The notes under the pieces: model-generated | Seen by the model: the letters and a program-made list of their open reading frames with translations, nothing else | What the model was told of the DNA's origin: nothing | Database searches by the model: none | DNA from: a bacterium | Lineage (GTDB): Bacteria; Zhuqueibacterota; Zhuqueibacteria; Residuimicrobiales; Krinioviventaceae | Length of the DNA: 64,000 bases | Reading direction: 5' to 3' | Assembly: GCA_963675755.2 (NCBI GenBank) | Contig: CAXXMD010000001.1 | Span: 192,001 to 256,000 of the forward strand | Made by a program: the position numbers and the translations under genes | In this document: piece after piece, positions 31,897 to 41,476 of the stretch | How the letters are laid out: each line of letters begins with the position of its first letter | Position numbering within the stretch: the first letter of the stretch is position 1

Positions 31897-33333
31897 ATGG
31901 TACGGTTAGGTCAACATCTTAGTTTGCAAATGAAGCAATCACCACAACAGGTTCTGTTGTCATCTTTGCTTCAATTGCCAATCATCAGTCTTGAACAACG
32001 AATAACTACAGAGCTAGAGTTGAATCCTCTCTTGGAAATTGATGCAGAACAAGAGATGGAACAAGAATTGGATGAGATAGATCGTGATACAGATAATGAG
32101 AATGATGAAGAAGATGATGAACCTTTAAAAGAGGTCGAGGTGGAAAATGATAAAGATACTGAGGACATTGATTGGGATGAGATCCTGAACGATGAAGACA
32201 GTTATGAAGTACATTTTCCCAAAGAAAAGGATTCTGAAGAATTCGAGAGACCTGAGGTTTATCGTGAAACACTGACCGATCACTTGATTAGTCAGTTGAA
32301 TATGTCAACTTTGGAACCAGCAGAAATAACTATTGGTGAATACATTATCTGGAACATTAATAATGTAGGGTATCTGACAATAGATGTTGAAACCATTGCA
32401 GAAAATTTAGAAGAGGATGTGGATACTATTGATCACATTCTAAGTACCATTCAATCATTTGATCCTCCGGGGATTGGTGCAAGAAATTTGCAGGAATGTT
32501 TACTGATTCAATTATACCAGCAAAGACCCCAACACGAACTTGCTATTATGGCAGTACGTGATAATTTTGATGATTTTAAAAACAAACGCTATGAAAAACT
32601 GGCAAAAATGTTAGAGATTGATCTTGATGAAGTCAAAGACATTATTGATCATATCATTAAACTGAATCCCAAGCCCGGTGAAGGTTATCTGACTTTTGAA
32701 AACCATTATATCGTTCCGGATTTGGAAGTAAAAAAAGAAGATGATGAATTTAAAATATCGATGCATGACTGGAACATTCCCCATCTTCGTATTAATAATG
32801 AATATCGTAAAATGATGCTTGACCGAAAAAAGTCAAATAAGGAAACCCGAGATTTTATAAGACAACGTTTGGAATCTGCCCGTTGGTTAATTAATTCCAT
32901 ACACCAGCGTCGTATGACTATAATACGTACTGTTGAAGCCATAATTGAAAAGCAGCATGATTTTTTTGAATTTGGTCCAGAATACTTGAAGCCCATGATA
33001 TTGAAAGATATTGCTGAAGAAATTAGTATGGATATTTCTACAATCAGCCGTGTTACAAATGGAAAATATTTGCAAACAGAGTGGGGCGTATTTGAATTGA
33101 AATCCTTTTTCAGTGAAAAATATACCACTGATGATGGAGAAGATGTTTCAAATAAAAAGATCAAAGCCTTTATTAAAAATATTGTGGACAAAGAACCACC
33201 CAACAAGCCTTATAATGATCAAAAGATTTCAGAAATGCTGAAAAAAGAAGGCTTTCCGGTTGCCAGACGAACTGTTGCTAAATACAGAGAACAGATGTCA
33301 ATTCCTGTTTCTCGGTTGCGCCGTAAAATTTAA
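31897..33333 (+). CDS. rpoN: RNA polymerase sigma-54 factor
   Basis: Q/L-rich region I, NPLLE, DP.GIGARNL.ECL, STISR, ARRTVAKYRE RpoN box. Confidence 0.98.
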   Translation: MVRLGQHLSLQMKQSPQQVLLSSLLQLPIISLEQRITTELELNPLLEIDAEQEMEQELDEIDRDTDNENDEEDDEPLKEVEVENDKDTEDIDWDEILNDEDSYEVHFPKEKDSEEFERPEVYRETLTDHLISQLNMSTLEPAEITIGEYIIWNINNVGYLTIDVETIAENLEEDVDTIDHILSTIQSFDPPGIGARNLQECLLIQLYQQRPQHELAIMAVRDNFDDFKNKRYEKLAKMLEIDLDEVKDIIDHIIKLNPKPGEGYLTFENHYIVPDLEVKKEDDEFKISMHDWNIPHLRINNEYRKMMLDRKKSNKETRDFIRQRLESARWLINSIHQRRMTIIRTVEAIIEKQHDFFEFGPEYLKPMILKDIAEEISMDISTISRVTNGKYLQTEWGVFELKSFFSEKYTTDDGEDVSNKKIKAFIKNIVDKEPPNKPYNDQKISEMLKKEGFPVARRTVAKYREQMSIPVSRLRRKI

Positions 33334-33345
33334 TTCAAGGAACTT

Positions 33346-33891
33346 ATGCATAATCCACAACAAATTTACGCAACAACAGTCATCGGGCTTATTCACAAAA
33401 ATAAAGCCGTATTGGCGGGAGATGGACAGGTTACCTATGGTGATCTGGTTTTAAAAGCCAATGCACGCAAAGTGCGAAGACTGTATAATGATCAGATATT
33501 AGCGGGTTTTGCCGGTGCGGCCGCAGATGCCTTTACCCTTTTTGAACGCTTTGAAGCACGTCTTGAAGAGTATAACGGTAACCTCGGACGTTCAGCGGTA
33601 GAACTTGCCAAAGATTGGCGTGCTGACAGATATTTACGTCGTCTTGATGCACAACTTGCAGTATTAGATAAAGAACGTATATTTTTAATTTCTGGAACTG
33701 GTGACGTGATTGAACCGGATGATAATATAATAGCAATTGGTTCAGGTGGACCTTTCGCCCTTGTTGCCGCAAGAGCTCTGCTTTCGCATTCTAAACTTGA
33801 TGCGGTCCAAATTGCCAAAGAATCTATGGAACTTACCGCACAGGTTTGCATTTATACAAATAATAATCTCACCATTGAAGTGCTGGATTAA
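33346..33891 (+). CDS. hslV: ATP-dependent protease subunit HslV
   Basis: Short propeptide then TTV, GDGQVT, GFAG..ADA, AKDWR.DRYLRRL, IGSGG. Confidence 0.96.
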   Translation: MHNPQQIYATTVIGLIHKNKAVLAGDGQVTYGDLVLKANARKVRRLYNDQILAGFAGAAADAFTLFERFEARLEEYNGNLGRSAVELAKDWRADRYLRRLDAQLAVLDKERIFLISGTGDVIEPDDNIIAIGSGGPFALVAARALLSHSKLDAVQIAKESMELTAQVCIYTNNNLTIEVLD

Positions 33892-33936
33892 TTATACGTT
33901 CCCATAACATTATTTGTATTCTTACGGGAAACTACA

Positions 33937-35280
33937 TTGCATATGACTCCTAATGAAATTGTTAAAAAGCTTGATAAATATATTATTGGTCAAGATGATG
34001 CTAAAAAATCTGTTGCCATTGCGTTAAGAAATCGTTGGCGCAGACAACAGGTACCTGAGGAATTGCGTCAAGAGATCATGCCCAATAATATTATCCTTAT
34101 TGGACCTACAGGGGTAGGAAAAACCGAATTGGCCCGTCGTTTGGCAAAATTAGACAATGCTCCCTTTATCAAGGTAGAGGCCTCAAAATTTACCGAGGTG
34201 GGATATGTTGGCCGGGATGTTGAGTCTATCATTCGTGATCTGGTAGACCTTGCCGTCAGTATGGTAAGAAGTGAATATACTGAAAAAGTACAGGAAAAAG
34301 CTTATGAAATGGCTCTTGATAGAATGGTAGAAATTCTTTTACCCGCTCCGGATGCTCTTGATCTGAATATTGATCTGGCAGATATTGATCCTGTTAAAGA
34401 AGATCTGGAAATGCAGGACAAACTTTATAATCAGCTGATCAATGGTGAACTTGATGACAAGATTATAGAACTTGAAACTCAGAGTGATGCTTCACCCTTG
34501 ATGCAGATTATTTCTCCCATTGGTATTGAAGAAATGGGATTAAATATTCAAGACTTGTTGGGTCCCATGATGCCGCAAAAGACCCAAAAGCGTAAAGTTA
34601 AAGTTTATGAAGCCCTGGTTCATTTGCAGCAGGAAGAGGCAAGTAAACTGATTGATATGGAAGAAGTTATCCGGGATGCTATTTTCAGGGTGGAAGAAAC
34701 GGGTATAGTATTTCTGGATGAAATTGATAAAATCGCCGAAGATGAAGACGGTGGCCCTGATGTTTCGCGAGAAGGTGTACAAAGAGATTTGCTTCCGGTT
34801 ATTGAAGGCACAAATGTTATTACAAAATATGGTATGGTAAAATCAGACCATATTTTGTTTATCGCTTCTGGTGCTTTCCATGTATCAAAACCATCTGATC
34901 TGATACCCGAATTGCAGGGACGTTTTCCCATTCGTGTTGAACTCAACAGTTTGACAGCCGATGACTTTGAACGAATATTAACAGAGCCCAATAATGCTTT
35001 GATTAAGCAATATACAGCATTAATTGCAACTGAAAATGTTAAAATAAAATTTACCCGAGGTGCCATTAAGGAAATTGCCAGAATTGCTTTTGAAGTTAAT
35101 ATGGAAGCTGAGAATATTGGGGCACGCCGGTTACATACTGTAATGAGCTTGTTGTTGGAAGATTGCTTGTTTGACTTGCCCAACGCTGATATTAAACTCA
35201 TTAATGTGGACAAGAAAATGGTACAGGGAAAACTTGAAAAAGTTATTCTAAATGAAGATTTAAGCCAATACATTTTGTAA
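33937..35280 (+). CDS. hslU: ATP-dependent protease ATPase subunit HslU
   Basis: [48 protein letters not shown]; start could be TTG 33937 or ATG 33943. Confidence 0.97.
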   Translation: MHMTPNEIVKKLDKYIIGQDDAKKSVAIALRNRWRRQQVPEELRQEIMPNNIILIGPTGVGKTELARRLAKLDNAPFIKVEASKFTEVGYVGRDVESIIRDLVDLAVSMVRSEYTEKVQEKAYEMALDRMVEILLPAPDALDLNIDLADIDPVKEDLEMQDKLYNQLINGELDDKIIELETQSDASPLMQIISPIGIEEMGLNIQDLLGPMMPQKTQKRKVKVYEALVHLQQEEASKLIDMEEVIRDAIFRVEETGIVFLDEIDKIAEDEDGGPDVSREGVQRDLLPVIEGTNVITKYGMVKSDHILFIASGAFHVSKPSDLIPELQGRFPIRVELNSLTADDFERILTEPNNALIKQYTALIATENVKIKFTRGAIKEIARIAFEVNMEAENIGARRLHTVMSLLLEDCLFDLPNADIKLINVDKKMVQGKLEKVILNEDLSQYIL

Positions 35281-35290
35281 GGGAACTGCC

Positions 35291-36208
35291 ATGAAAAAAG
35301 ATTTTTTACTGATTACAGATCTTGTTACTGATGAAATTTATGAACTGTTTGATCTTGCAAAAGAACTAAAAGCAAAGACCAAAGCGCGTCAGGAACATCA
35401 TATTTTAAAGGGACAAACATTGGCAATGTTGTTCCAAAAACCTTCAACCCGTACCCGTGTTTCCTTTGAAGTGGGCATGTACCAACTTGGCGGTCATGCA
35501 TTGTATCTTAGTCCTGCAGAAGTTGGTTTAGGCAAGCGTGAATCTGTTGCTGATGTTGCACGTGTTTTGTCACGTTTTAACGATGGCATAATGGCGCGTG
35601 TATTTGGTCATGACATTGTAGACGAATTGGCTGAATATGCCAGTGTTCCTGTGATCAACGGATTGTCTGATCTGGCACATCCCTGTCAAATCTTGGGTGA
35701 TATGCTCACTATTATTGAGCATAAAGGTAAAGCAGAGAACCTGAAAATCGCTTATATTGGTGATGGTAATAATGTTACCAATTCCTGGATTAATTTAGCT
35801 TCAAGAATTCCTATGCAATTGTACGTAGGCTGTCCTGAAGGTTATGAACCTAATGTGGATCTGGTTAATGCTTCAAAAGCTAAAGGCTTGAGTGAAATTG
35901 TGGTAACCAATGATCCGGTTAAAGCAGTTGAAAAAGCAGATGTTGTATATACAGATGTTTGGGCTAGTATGGGCCAGGAAGAAGAAGCCGAAGCACGTAA
36001 AAAGATATTTAAGCCTTTTCAGGTAAACACAGATCTGGTGTCTCATGCTGCTGATGATTCTCTGGTATTGCATTGTTTGCCTGCACACAGGGGTGATGAA
36101 ATTACTGATGACATAATGGATGGATCGCACTCGGTTGTTTTTGATGAAGCTGAAAATAGACTGCATATCCAAAAAGCCATTATGGTTCAACTGATGAAAG
36201 ATAAATAA
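35291..36208 (+). CDS. argF: Ornithine carbamoyltransferase
   Basis: KPSTRTR, HPCQ, GDGNN, DVWASMG, HCLP, AENR. Confidence 0.95.
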   Translation: MKKDFLLITDLVTDEIYELFDLAKELKAKTKARQEHHILKGQTLAMLFQKPSTRTRVSFEVGMYQLGGHALYLSPAEVGLGKRESVADVARVLSRFNDGIMARVFGHDIVDELAEYASVPVINGLSDLAHPCQILGDMLTIIEHKGKAENLKIAYIGDGNNVTNSWINLASRIPMQLYVGCPEGYEPNVDLVNASKAKGLSEIVVTNDPVKAVEKADVVYTDVWASMGQEEEAEARKKIFKPFQVNTDLVSHAADDSLVLHCLPAHRGDEITDDIMDGSHSVVFDEAENRLHIQKAIMVQLMKDK

Positions 36209-36219
36209 GGGGATCCGTT

Positions 36220-37197
36220 TTGGCACTGGAAATTGTTCGCTATACACAGTCGGATAGGGAAGCGTGGGAAGAATTTGCATGGTCTTCAAACAATGGTACC
36301 ATTTTTCATACACGCCAGTTTTTATCTTATCATCCCAAAGACAGGTTTGTTGATTATTCTTTGGTTTTTTTCAAAGAAGGTAAACGAATTGCTCAATTGC
36401 CTGCCGTAGATTTTAAAGAGGGTGATAAACGTATTTTAATTTCTCATCGCGGTGCGTCTTATGGTGGATTTATTTGCAAAGATACTTTGTCTATCAAAGA
36501 TTCCTTTACCATGGTCAAGGCACTTGTTGATTATCTAAAGTCAGAAAAATTTGACGGCATAGATATTACCCCCGTTCCCCAGGTCTATATGAGAAGACCC
36601 AGCAATTATATTGATTTTGCCATGGTTCAAAATGGCTTTACTTACCGCAAACGGGAAATCTCGAGCGTTATACCCCTGGATTTTAGTAGAGACCAGATTT
36701 TATCTACCTTTAATGAAGGCTCAAGACGTGCTGTCAGAAGAGCCTGGAAACAGGGAACTGTTGTTAGAGAATCTGATGATTATGCGGCATTTTATAAAAT
36801 TCTGGAAAAGAATTTAAGATTACGTCACAATGTTTCGCCTACTCATACTTTGCAGGAATTGGAATTATTGAAATCCATGTTTCCTCAAAGAATTAAGCTT
36901 TTTGCCGCATTCCATGATGATATTATGGTTGCAGGCGTTGTAATGTTTATCTGTAATCCCCAGGTTGTTCTTGCGTTTTACATTAGCCATAATGAAGATT
37001 ATCAGCAGTACAGAGGAGTGAATTTGCTGTTTCATGATATCATCCAATGGGGTATAGCAGAAAAATACAACTTTTTGGATTATGGTATTTTTACTGTAAA
37101 TGAAGATCCCAATTGGGGCCTGGCGCGTTTTAAAGAGAGTTTTGGTGCCCAGGGTGTGTTTAGAGACAGTTTACGATTGATGCTGAGTGATTCTTAA
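36220..37197 (+). CDS. GNAT-fold FemAB-like transferase
   Basis: SHRGASYGG, RRAVRRA, LDYG.....GLARFKESFGA pattern of FemAB-like GNAT proteins. Confidence 0.75.
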   Translation: MALEIVRYTQSDREAWEEFAWSSNNGTIFHTRQFLSYHPKDRFVDYSLVFFKEGKRIAQLPAVDFKEGDKRILISHRGASYGGFICKDTLSIKDSFTMVKALVDYLKSEKFDGIDITPVPQVYMRRPSNYIDFAMVQNGFTYRKREISSVIPLDFSRDQILSTFNEGSRRAVRRAWKQGTVVRESDDYAAFYKILEKNLRLRHNVSPTHTLQELELLKSMFPQRIKLFAAFHDDIMVAGVVMFICNPQVVLAFYISHNEDYQQYRGVNLLFHDIIQWGIAEKYNFLDYGIFTVNEDPNWGLARFKESFGAQGVFRDSLRLMLSDS

Positions 37198-37199
37198 AG

Positions 37200-38276
37200 A
37201 TGGCTGTTACAAAAATTTTACATATTGCTCCTTCTAATACCTCGGGCGTTCCCGGCCAACTTGTGCTGACTGAAAGGCGTATGGGATATGACAGCAGGCT
37301 GGTAACGCTATTTCATGATAAACGCAAGTATTATGAAGATATTTGCCTGCATCTGCCGTTTATTGATTTCTGGGGAACCAAACTATTAAAAAAAATTGTA
37401 TCCAATCCCGATAAAATTGTTGTTGATAATGTTTTAAAGATTCCAGATCAAATACCTGTTCAATGGAAACCCCATTCTCTGGCAGAAAAGGCATTGACAA
37501 GTATACGTGATATGCTTTGGAAGACCAAAATTGAATCCACTATTAAAAAATACAATCTTTTAGATTTTGATGTTGTTCAACTGGATGGCGGATTGGGATT
37601 TTATAGGCATTCCGGATTTGTTAAAAAAATGAAAGCAAATGGTAAAAAAATTATTTGCTTATATACCGGCAGTGATTTGCGTACACGGGGAGTGATTCCT
37701 GCTGTAGAGAAAATTTCAGACTATAATTTTACAGTTGAATATGACCACATGCAACTGCATCCAAATATAAAACATGTATTTTTCCCGTTTGATGCAGGGC
37801 AGTTTAAAACTAACCGACCGAAAAATACCAGGATTCGCGTTGGGCATGCTCCTACAAATCGCAGGGCAAAAGGCAGCGATATTATTGTACCCATTCTTCG
37901 CAAGTTGGCTTATTCTCATAATATTGAACCGGTCATTATTCAAAATTTACCCTATACTTTTGCAATGGAAACCAAGCAGACTTGTGATATTTTCATAGAT
38001 CAAATTGGTGATCTTGGGTATGGTATCAACTCTCTTGAAGCATTGGCGATGGGTATTCCCTGTTGTTCTTGTCTCGCAAAAGGTTTTGCGGAAACGTATC
38101 CTGACCATCCGTTTGTAGAAATAGATGCTGATAATCTTGAAGAAAAGCTGATTGACTTGATAAATGATACAGAAAAGCGTACTGAGCTTGGCATTAAAGG
38201 GCGTGAATGGGTAGAGAAATATCATGATGCTAAAAATATTGTAAAGCAGATCCATGAAATTGCCGGAATTGATTGA
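37200..38276 (+). CDS. Glycosyltransferase, GT-B/GT4-like
   Basis: GSDLR, HAPT...KG, DIFIDQ...GYG..SLEALAMGIP, GREWVEKYH. Confidence 0.85.
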   Translation: MAVTKILHIAPSNTSGVPGQLVLTERRMGYDSRLVTLFHDKRKYYEDICLHLPFIDFWGTKLLKKIVSNPDKIVVDNVLKIPDQIPVQWKPHSLAEKALTSIRDMLWKTKIESTIKKYNLLDFDVVQLDGGLGFYRHSGFVKKMKANGKKIICLYTGSDLRTRGVIPAVEKISDYNFTVEYDHMQLHPNIKHVFFPFDAGQFKTNRPKNTRIRVGHAPTNRRAKGSDIIVPILRKLAYSHNIEPVIIQNLPYTFAMETKQTCDIFIDQIGDLGYGINSLEALAMGIPCCSCLAKGFAETYPDHPFVEIDADNLEEKLIDLINDTEKRTELGIKGREWVEKYHDAKNIVKQIHEIAGID

Positions 38277-39376
38277 TTATGAATATCCTTTTTGTTAACA
38301 GTATACAAATGTTTGGTGGCGGGGAAATGTGGATGCTTCGTACTTTGAACGGTTTGCGTAAGAGAGGACATAACGTTCATTTAATTTGCAGACCGGGTAC
38401 CGAGCTGGAAAAACGAGCTCTTGAACAAGAAATTCCTGTCTATAGTTTCAAGATCAGGGGAGATTTTGGCCCTATTTCTATATTCAGGACCTGGAGATAT
38501 ATCAAACGTAATAATATAGATGTAATGCTTGCGAATATGGATAAAGAATTGAGATTCGCAGGAACAGCGGCTAAATTGGCAGGTAATTGTGCCGTAATAC
38601 CCAGACGCGGTAGTGATTATCCTTTAAAAGATAAAATACAATATAAATTTTCATATTTAACACTTGCTGACCTGGTGATTGCCAATTCGGATGCAACCAA
38701 GCAAACTCTTTTGCGCAATGCTCCCTGGTTACCGGGAAAAAAGATCCATATCCTTTATAATGGTATTGATCCACAAAATTTCATGATACCAGCAGAGACA
38801 GATCTTCGTGAAGAATGGAACATTCCCCGGGATGAGTTTGTCTTTGGATTTGTAGGGCAACTTGTAAAGCGTAAAGGTTTTGATACAATATTACCGGCAT
38901 TTGCCGAGCTTGCCCGAGAACGCCAGGTTCACCTGGTTCTGGTTGGTGAAGGCGAATTGCAGCAGGATATAGATAATTTTATAAAATCAAATGGATTGGA
39001 AAACAAACTCCATCGGGTTGGATTTCGTAAAGATGTTGAAAATGTTATGAAAGCTATTGATTGCCTTCTTTTACCATCCATACTTGAAGGCTTTGGTATT
39101 GTTTTGATTGAAGCAATGGCTGCGGGCAAACCTGCTATTACAACAAATGTTAGTTCTATGCCTGAAATTGTAGTACATGAGCAAACAGGTCTTGTGTTGT
39201 CGGTAAATGATAAAGAGGCCTTGCTGGAAGGTATGGAATATCTTTATGACAACCCGGATATTGTGAAACAATGGGGAGAAAACGGACGTAATCATGTATT
39301 AAATAAATTTACTTTAGATTTAATGCTTGATCGATTAGAACACCTTTTAAAGCTTGCCATGGAACATAAACAATAA
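38273..39376 (+). CDS. Glycosyltransferase family 4
   Basis: GGGE, YNGID, VGQL..RKG, GFR.DV, PS..EGFGIVLIEAMAAG; start may be ATG 38279. Confidence 0.92.
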   Translation: MIMNILFVNSIQMFGGGEMWMLRTLNGLRKRGHNVHLICRPGTELEKRALEQEIPVYSFKIRGDFGPISIFRTWRYIKRNNIDVMLANMDKELRFAGTAAKLAGNCAVIPRRGSDYPLKDKIQYKFSYLTLADLVIANSDATKQTLLRNAPWLPGKKIHILYNGIDPQNFMIPAETDLREEWNIPRDEFVFGFVGQLVKRKGFDTILPAFAELARERQVHLVLVGEGELQQDIDNFIKSNGLENKLHRVGFRKDVENVMKAIDCLLLPSILEGFGIVLIEAMAAGKPAITTNVSSMPEIVVHEQTGLVLSVNDKEALLEGMEYLYDNPDIVKQWGENGRNHVLNKFTLDLMLDRLEHLLKLAMEHKQ

Positions 39377-39386
39377 GGAAGTAATT

Positions 39387-40484
39387 TTGAAATTGTGGAG
39401 ACGAATTGAGCGCTTTTTCAAGCATAACCAATTAAGGTTTCTTGAAAAGTGGCTTGGTGTGCCAGAACTTTTACCTGAAAAATTTGAATTTGAAAAGATA
39501 AAAAAAATTATTGTTATACGTCAGCATGACCAGTTGGGTGATTTTTTACTCTCAACCCCCGTTTTTCATGCATTGCGAAATCAGTTTCCTGATGCACATA
39601 TTGCTGTCATGGCCCGAAAATATACTGCTTCACTAATGCAACACAATGAATATGTAGATACAGTAATTACTTTTTATGAACATGGAAAAGACTGGAACTT
39701 GGGGCGAATTACCAAGTTTATAAAATTATTGAGGCGTGGTTACGATCTAGCTATTGTCTTGAATACTGTATCACACTCTTTGACAAGTGATTTAGCCGCA
39801 CGATTATCAGGAGCAAAGTATGTTTTAGGTCCTGAACACCTGACCTTTCAAGGAACAACGCGAAACTTTTTTTATCATTTTAATGCCCCCTATATTAAAC
39901 AGGAAAGAAATCAGAGTTTAAGAAATTTGGATATTCTGAGTTATATTGGGATTCAAGCCGTTGAACCTTATGAGCATATTACCTTGTTGACAGAGGAGAA
40001 AAATGATGCTCGTGAATTATTGCTGCAAAAAGGTTGGGATGGAAAACAAATGTTGATCAGTGTGCATCCCGGAGCCGGAAAACTGATGAATCGGTGGCCA
40101 GTAGAAAATTTTGCTAAAGCCGCACAAGAGTTAGCTGACTATTATGATGCACAATTGCTTATAACATGGGGCCCCAATGAAAAAGAGCTGGGAGAATCAT
40201 TATGTTCGCAATTAAAAGGAAATATTATAACTGCAGTTGATCCGGATATCAGGCGTTTTGCATCAATCCTTTCTTGTTCTGATATGATTTTATGTAATGA
40301 TACGGGTGTGCTACATGTTGCTGCAGCAATCAATTTGCCGCTTGTTGTGGTATTTGGCCCAACAAATCCTGCAGAATGGAAGCCTTTTGGCAAAAAATTT
40401 GTAGCTTTACAAGGAGAAAGAGGCCGCTGTGATGAAATAGGCCCAGAAAAGGTAATTGAGGCTGCAAAAATGCTAATAAATTAA
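39387..40484 (+). CDS. Glycosyltransferase family 9 (heptosyltransferase-like)
   Basis: LGDFLLSTP, HPGAG...RWP, NDTGVLHVAAA, FGPT; start TTG 39387 after AAGGAA. Confidence 0.9.
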   Translation: MKLWRRIERFFKHNQLRFLEKWLGVPELLPEKFEFEKIKKIIVIRQHDQLGDFLLSTPVFHALRNQFPDAHIAVMARKYTASLMQHNEYVDTVITFYEHGKDWNLGRITKFIKLLRRGYDLAIVLNTVSHSLTSDLAARLSGAKYVLGPEHLTFQGTTRNFFYHFNAPYIKQERNQSLRNLDILSYIGIQAVEPYEHITLLTEEKNDARELLLQKGWDGKQMLISVHPGAGKLMNRWPVENFAKAAQELADYYDAQLLITWGPNEKELGESLCSQLKGNIITAVDPDIRRFASILSCSDMILCNDTGVLHVAAAINLPLVVVFGPTNPAEWKPFGKKFVALQGERGRCDEIGPEKVIEAAKMLIN

Positions 40485-40567
40485 AAAAGTGCTTGTTTTT
40501 TTAATTAAAAAGTTTACAATTAGAAGGCGTTATTAAATAACAGTATTATTTGTACTATAAAAAATTC

Positions 40568-40620
40568 TTGCATTATTAGTTTCCATGTTGTATTTTTCGC
40601 CGCGGCGAAAAACATGGAAA
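40568..40620 (+). promoter_or_regulatory. Putative promoter overlapped by an inverted repeat
   Basis: TTGCAT(40568)-17-TATTTT(40591); perfect palindrome TTTTTCGCCGCGGCGAAAAA at 40593-40612, flanked by TTTCCATG/CATGGAAA. Confidence 0.5.
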
Positions 40621-40649
40621 GTTTTGAAATTAACAAAAAAGAGGATACT

Positions 40650-40976
40650 ATGAGTGACAATTCAAACATTATTGATGATTATATTGATGATTCCTTTGAA
40701 AACAACGAATCTGAAGATGAAGAGTCGTTGAATGATGAGGAAGTGATTGATGAAGATTGGGATGAAATTCAAGAAGATGATGATTTGGATGAGATTGAAG
40801 AAGTAAGCGATGATTCCAGTGAGGATTGGGAGGAAGAATACTGGGAAGATGAAGAAGAAGAAGAAGAAGAGGAAGAAGACGATGCCGATTGGGGTGAAGA
40901 TGAAGAGGCATGGGATGATACTAATGATTGGATGGACAGAACACCTTCATGGGAAGGTGATGATGAATGGGACTGA
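40650..40976 (+). CDS. Hypothetical hyper-acidic, Trp-rich disordered protein
   Basis: GAGGA SD before ATG 40650; 108 aa with 61 D/E, 8 W and one basic residue; mixed synonymous codons. Confidence 0.7.
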   Translation: MSDNSNIIDDYIDDSFENNESEDEESLNDEEVIDEDWDEIQEDDDLDEIEEVSDDSSEDWEEEYWEDEEEEEEEEEDDADWGEDEEAWDDTNDWMDRTPSWEGDDEWD

Positions 40977-40994
40977 TAGTCCTGTTTTATAAAT

Positions 40995-41450
40995 ATGATA
41001 TCCAATGAGACGGACATTCGTATATATCCTCAACATCCACGTTTAGGAGTGGGCGTTGTCATATTTAAAGATGAACTAGTATTACTCATAAAGCGGGGGA
41101 AAGAGCCCAACAAAGGTATCTGGACAGTACCTGGCGGTCTGGTCCAAATCGGAGAATCTGTTGAACAAGCTGCTCATCGTGAAATATTGGAAGAATGTAA
41201 CATCACTATAAATCTCGCCGGATTGATTGATTATTTTGAGTTTGTTGAAAAAGATGATGAGCAAAAGATAAAATATCATTATGTCGTTCTTGATTTTGCT
41301 GCTGAATATGTATCGGGTAATCTTTTGGCATTAACTGATGCAGAAGATGCGAAATGGGTAAATCCTGACCAGTTGGAAAACTGGGAAATAACAGAAAAAA
41401 CTTTAATGTTGATTAATAAAGCATTATTATCAAAAGCCCGGATGAATTAA
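40995..41450 (+). CDS. Nudix hydrolase (YjhB/ADP-ribose pyrophosphatase-like)
   Basis: YP..P..GVG, LLIKRG.EP, Nudix box PGG.VQIGESVEQAAHREILEEC, YHYV. Confidence 0.92.
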   Translation: MISNETDIRIYPQHPRLGVGVVIFKDELVLLIKRGKEPNKGIWTVPGGLVQIGESVEQAAHREILEECNITINLAGLIDYFEFVEKDDEQKIKYHYVVLDFAAEYVSGNLLALTDAEDAKWVNPDQLENWEITEKTLMLINKALLSKARMN

Positions 41451-41467
41451 TAACACCGGGCTTTTTT
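41432..41467 (+). terminator. Intrinsic terminator after the Nudix gene
   Basis: AAAAGCCCGG...CCGGGCTTTT + TT. Confidence 0.65.
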
Positions 41468-41476
41468 ATAGGAATT

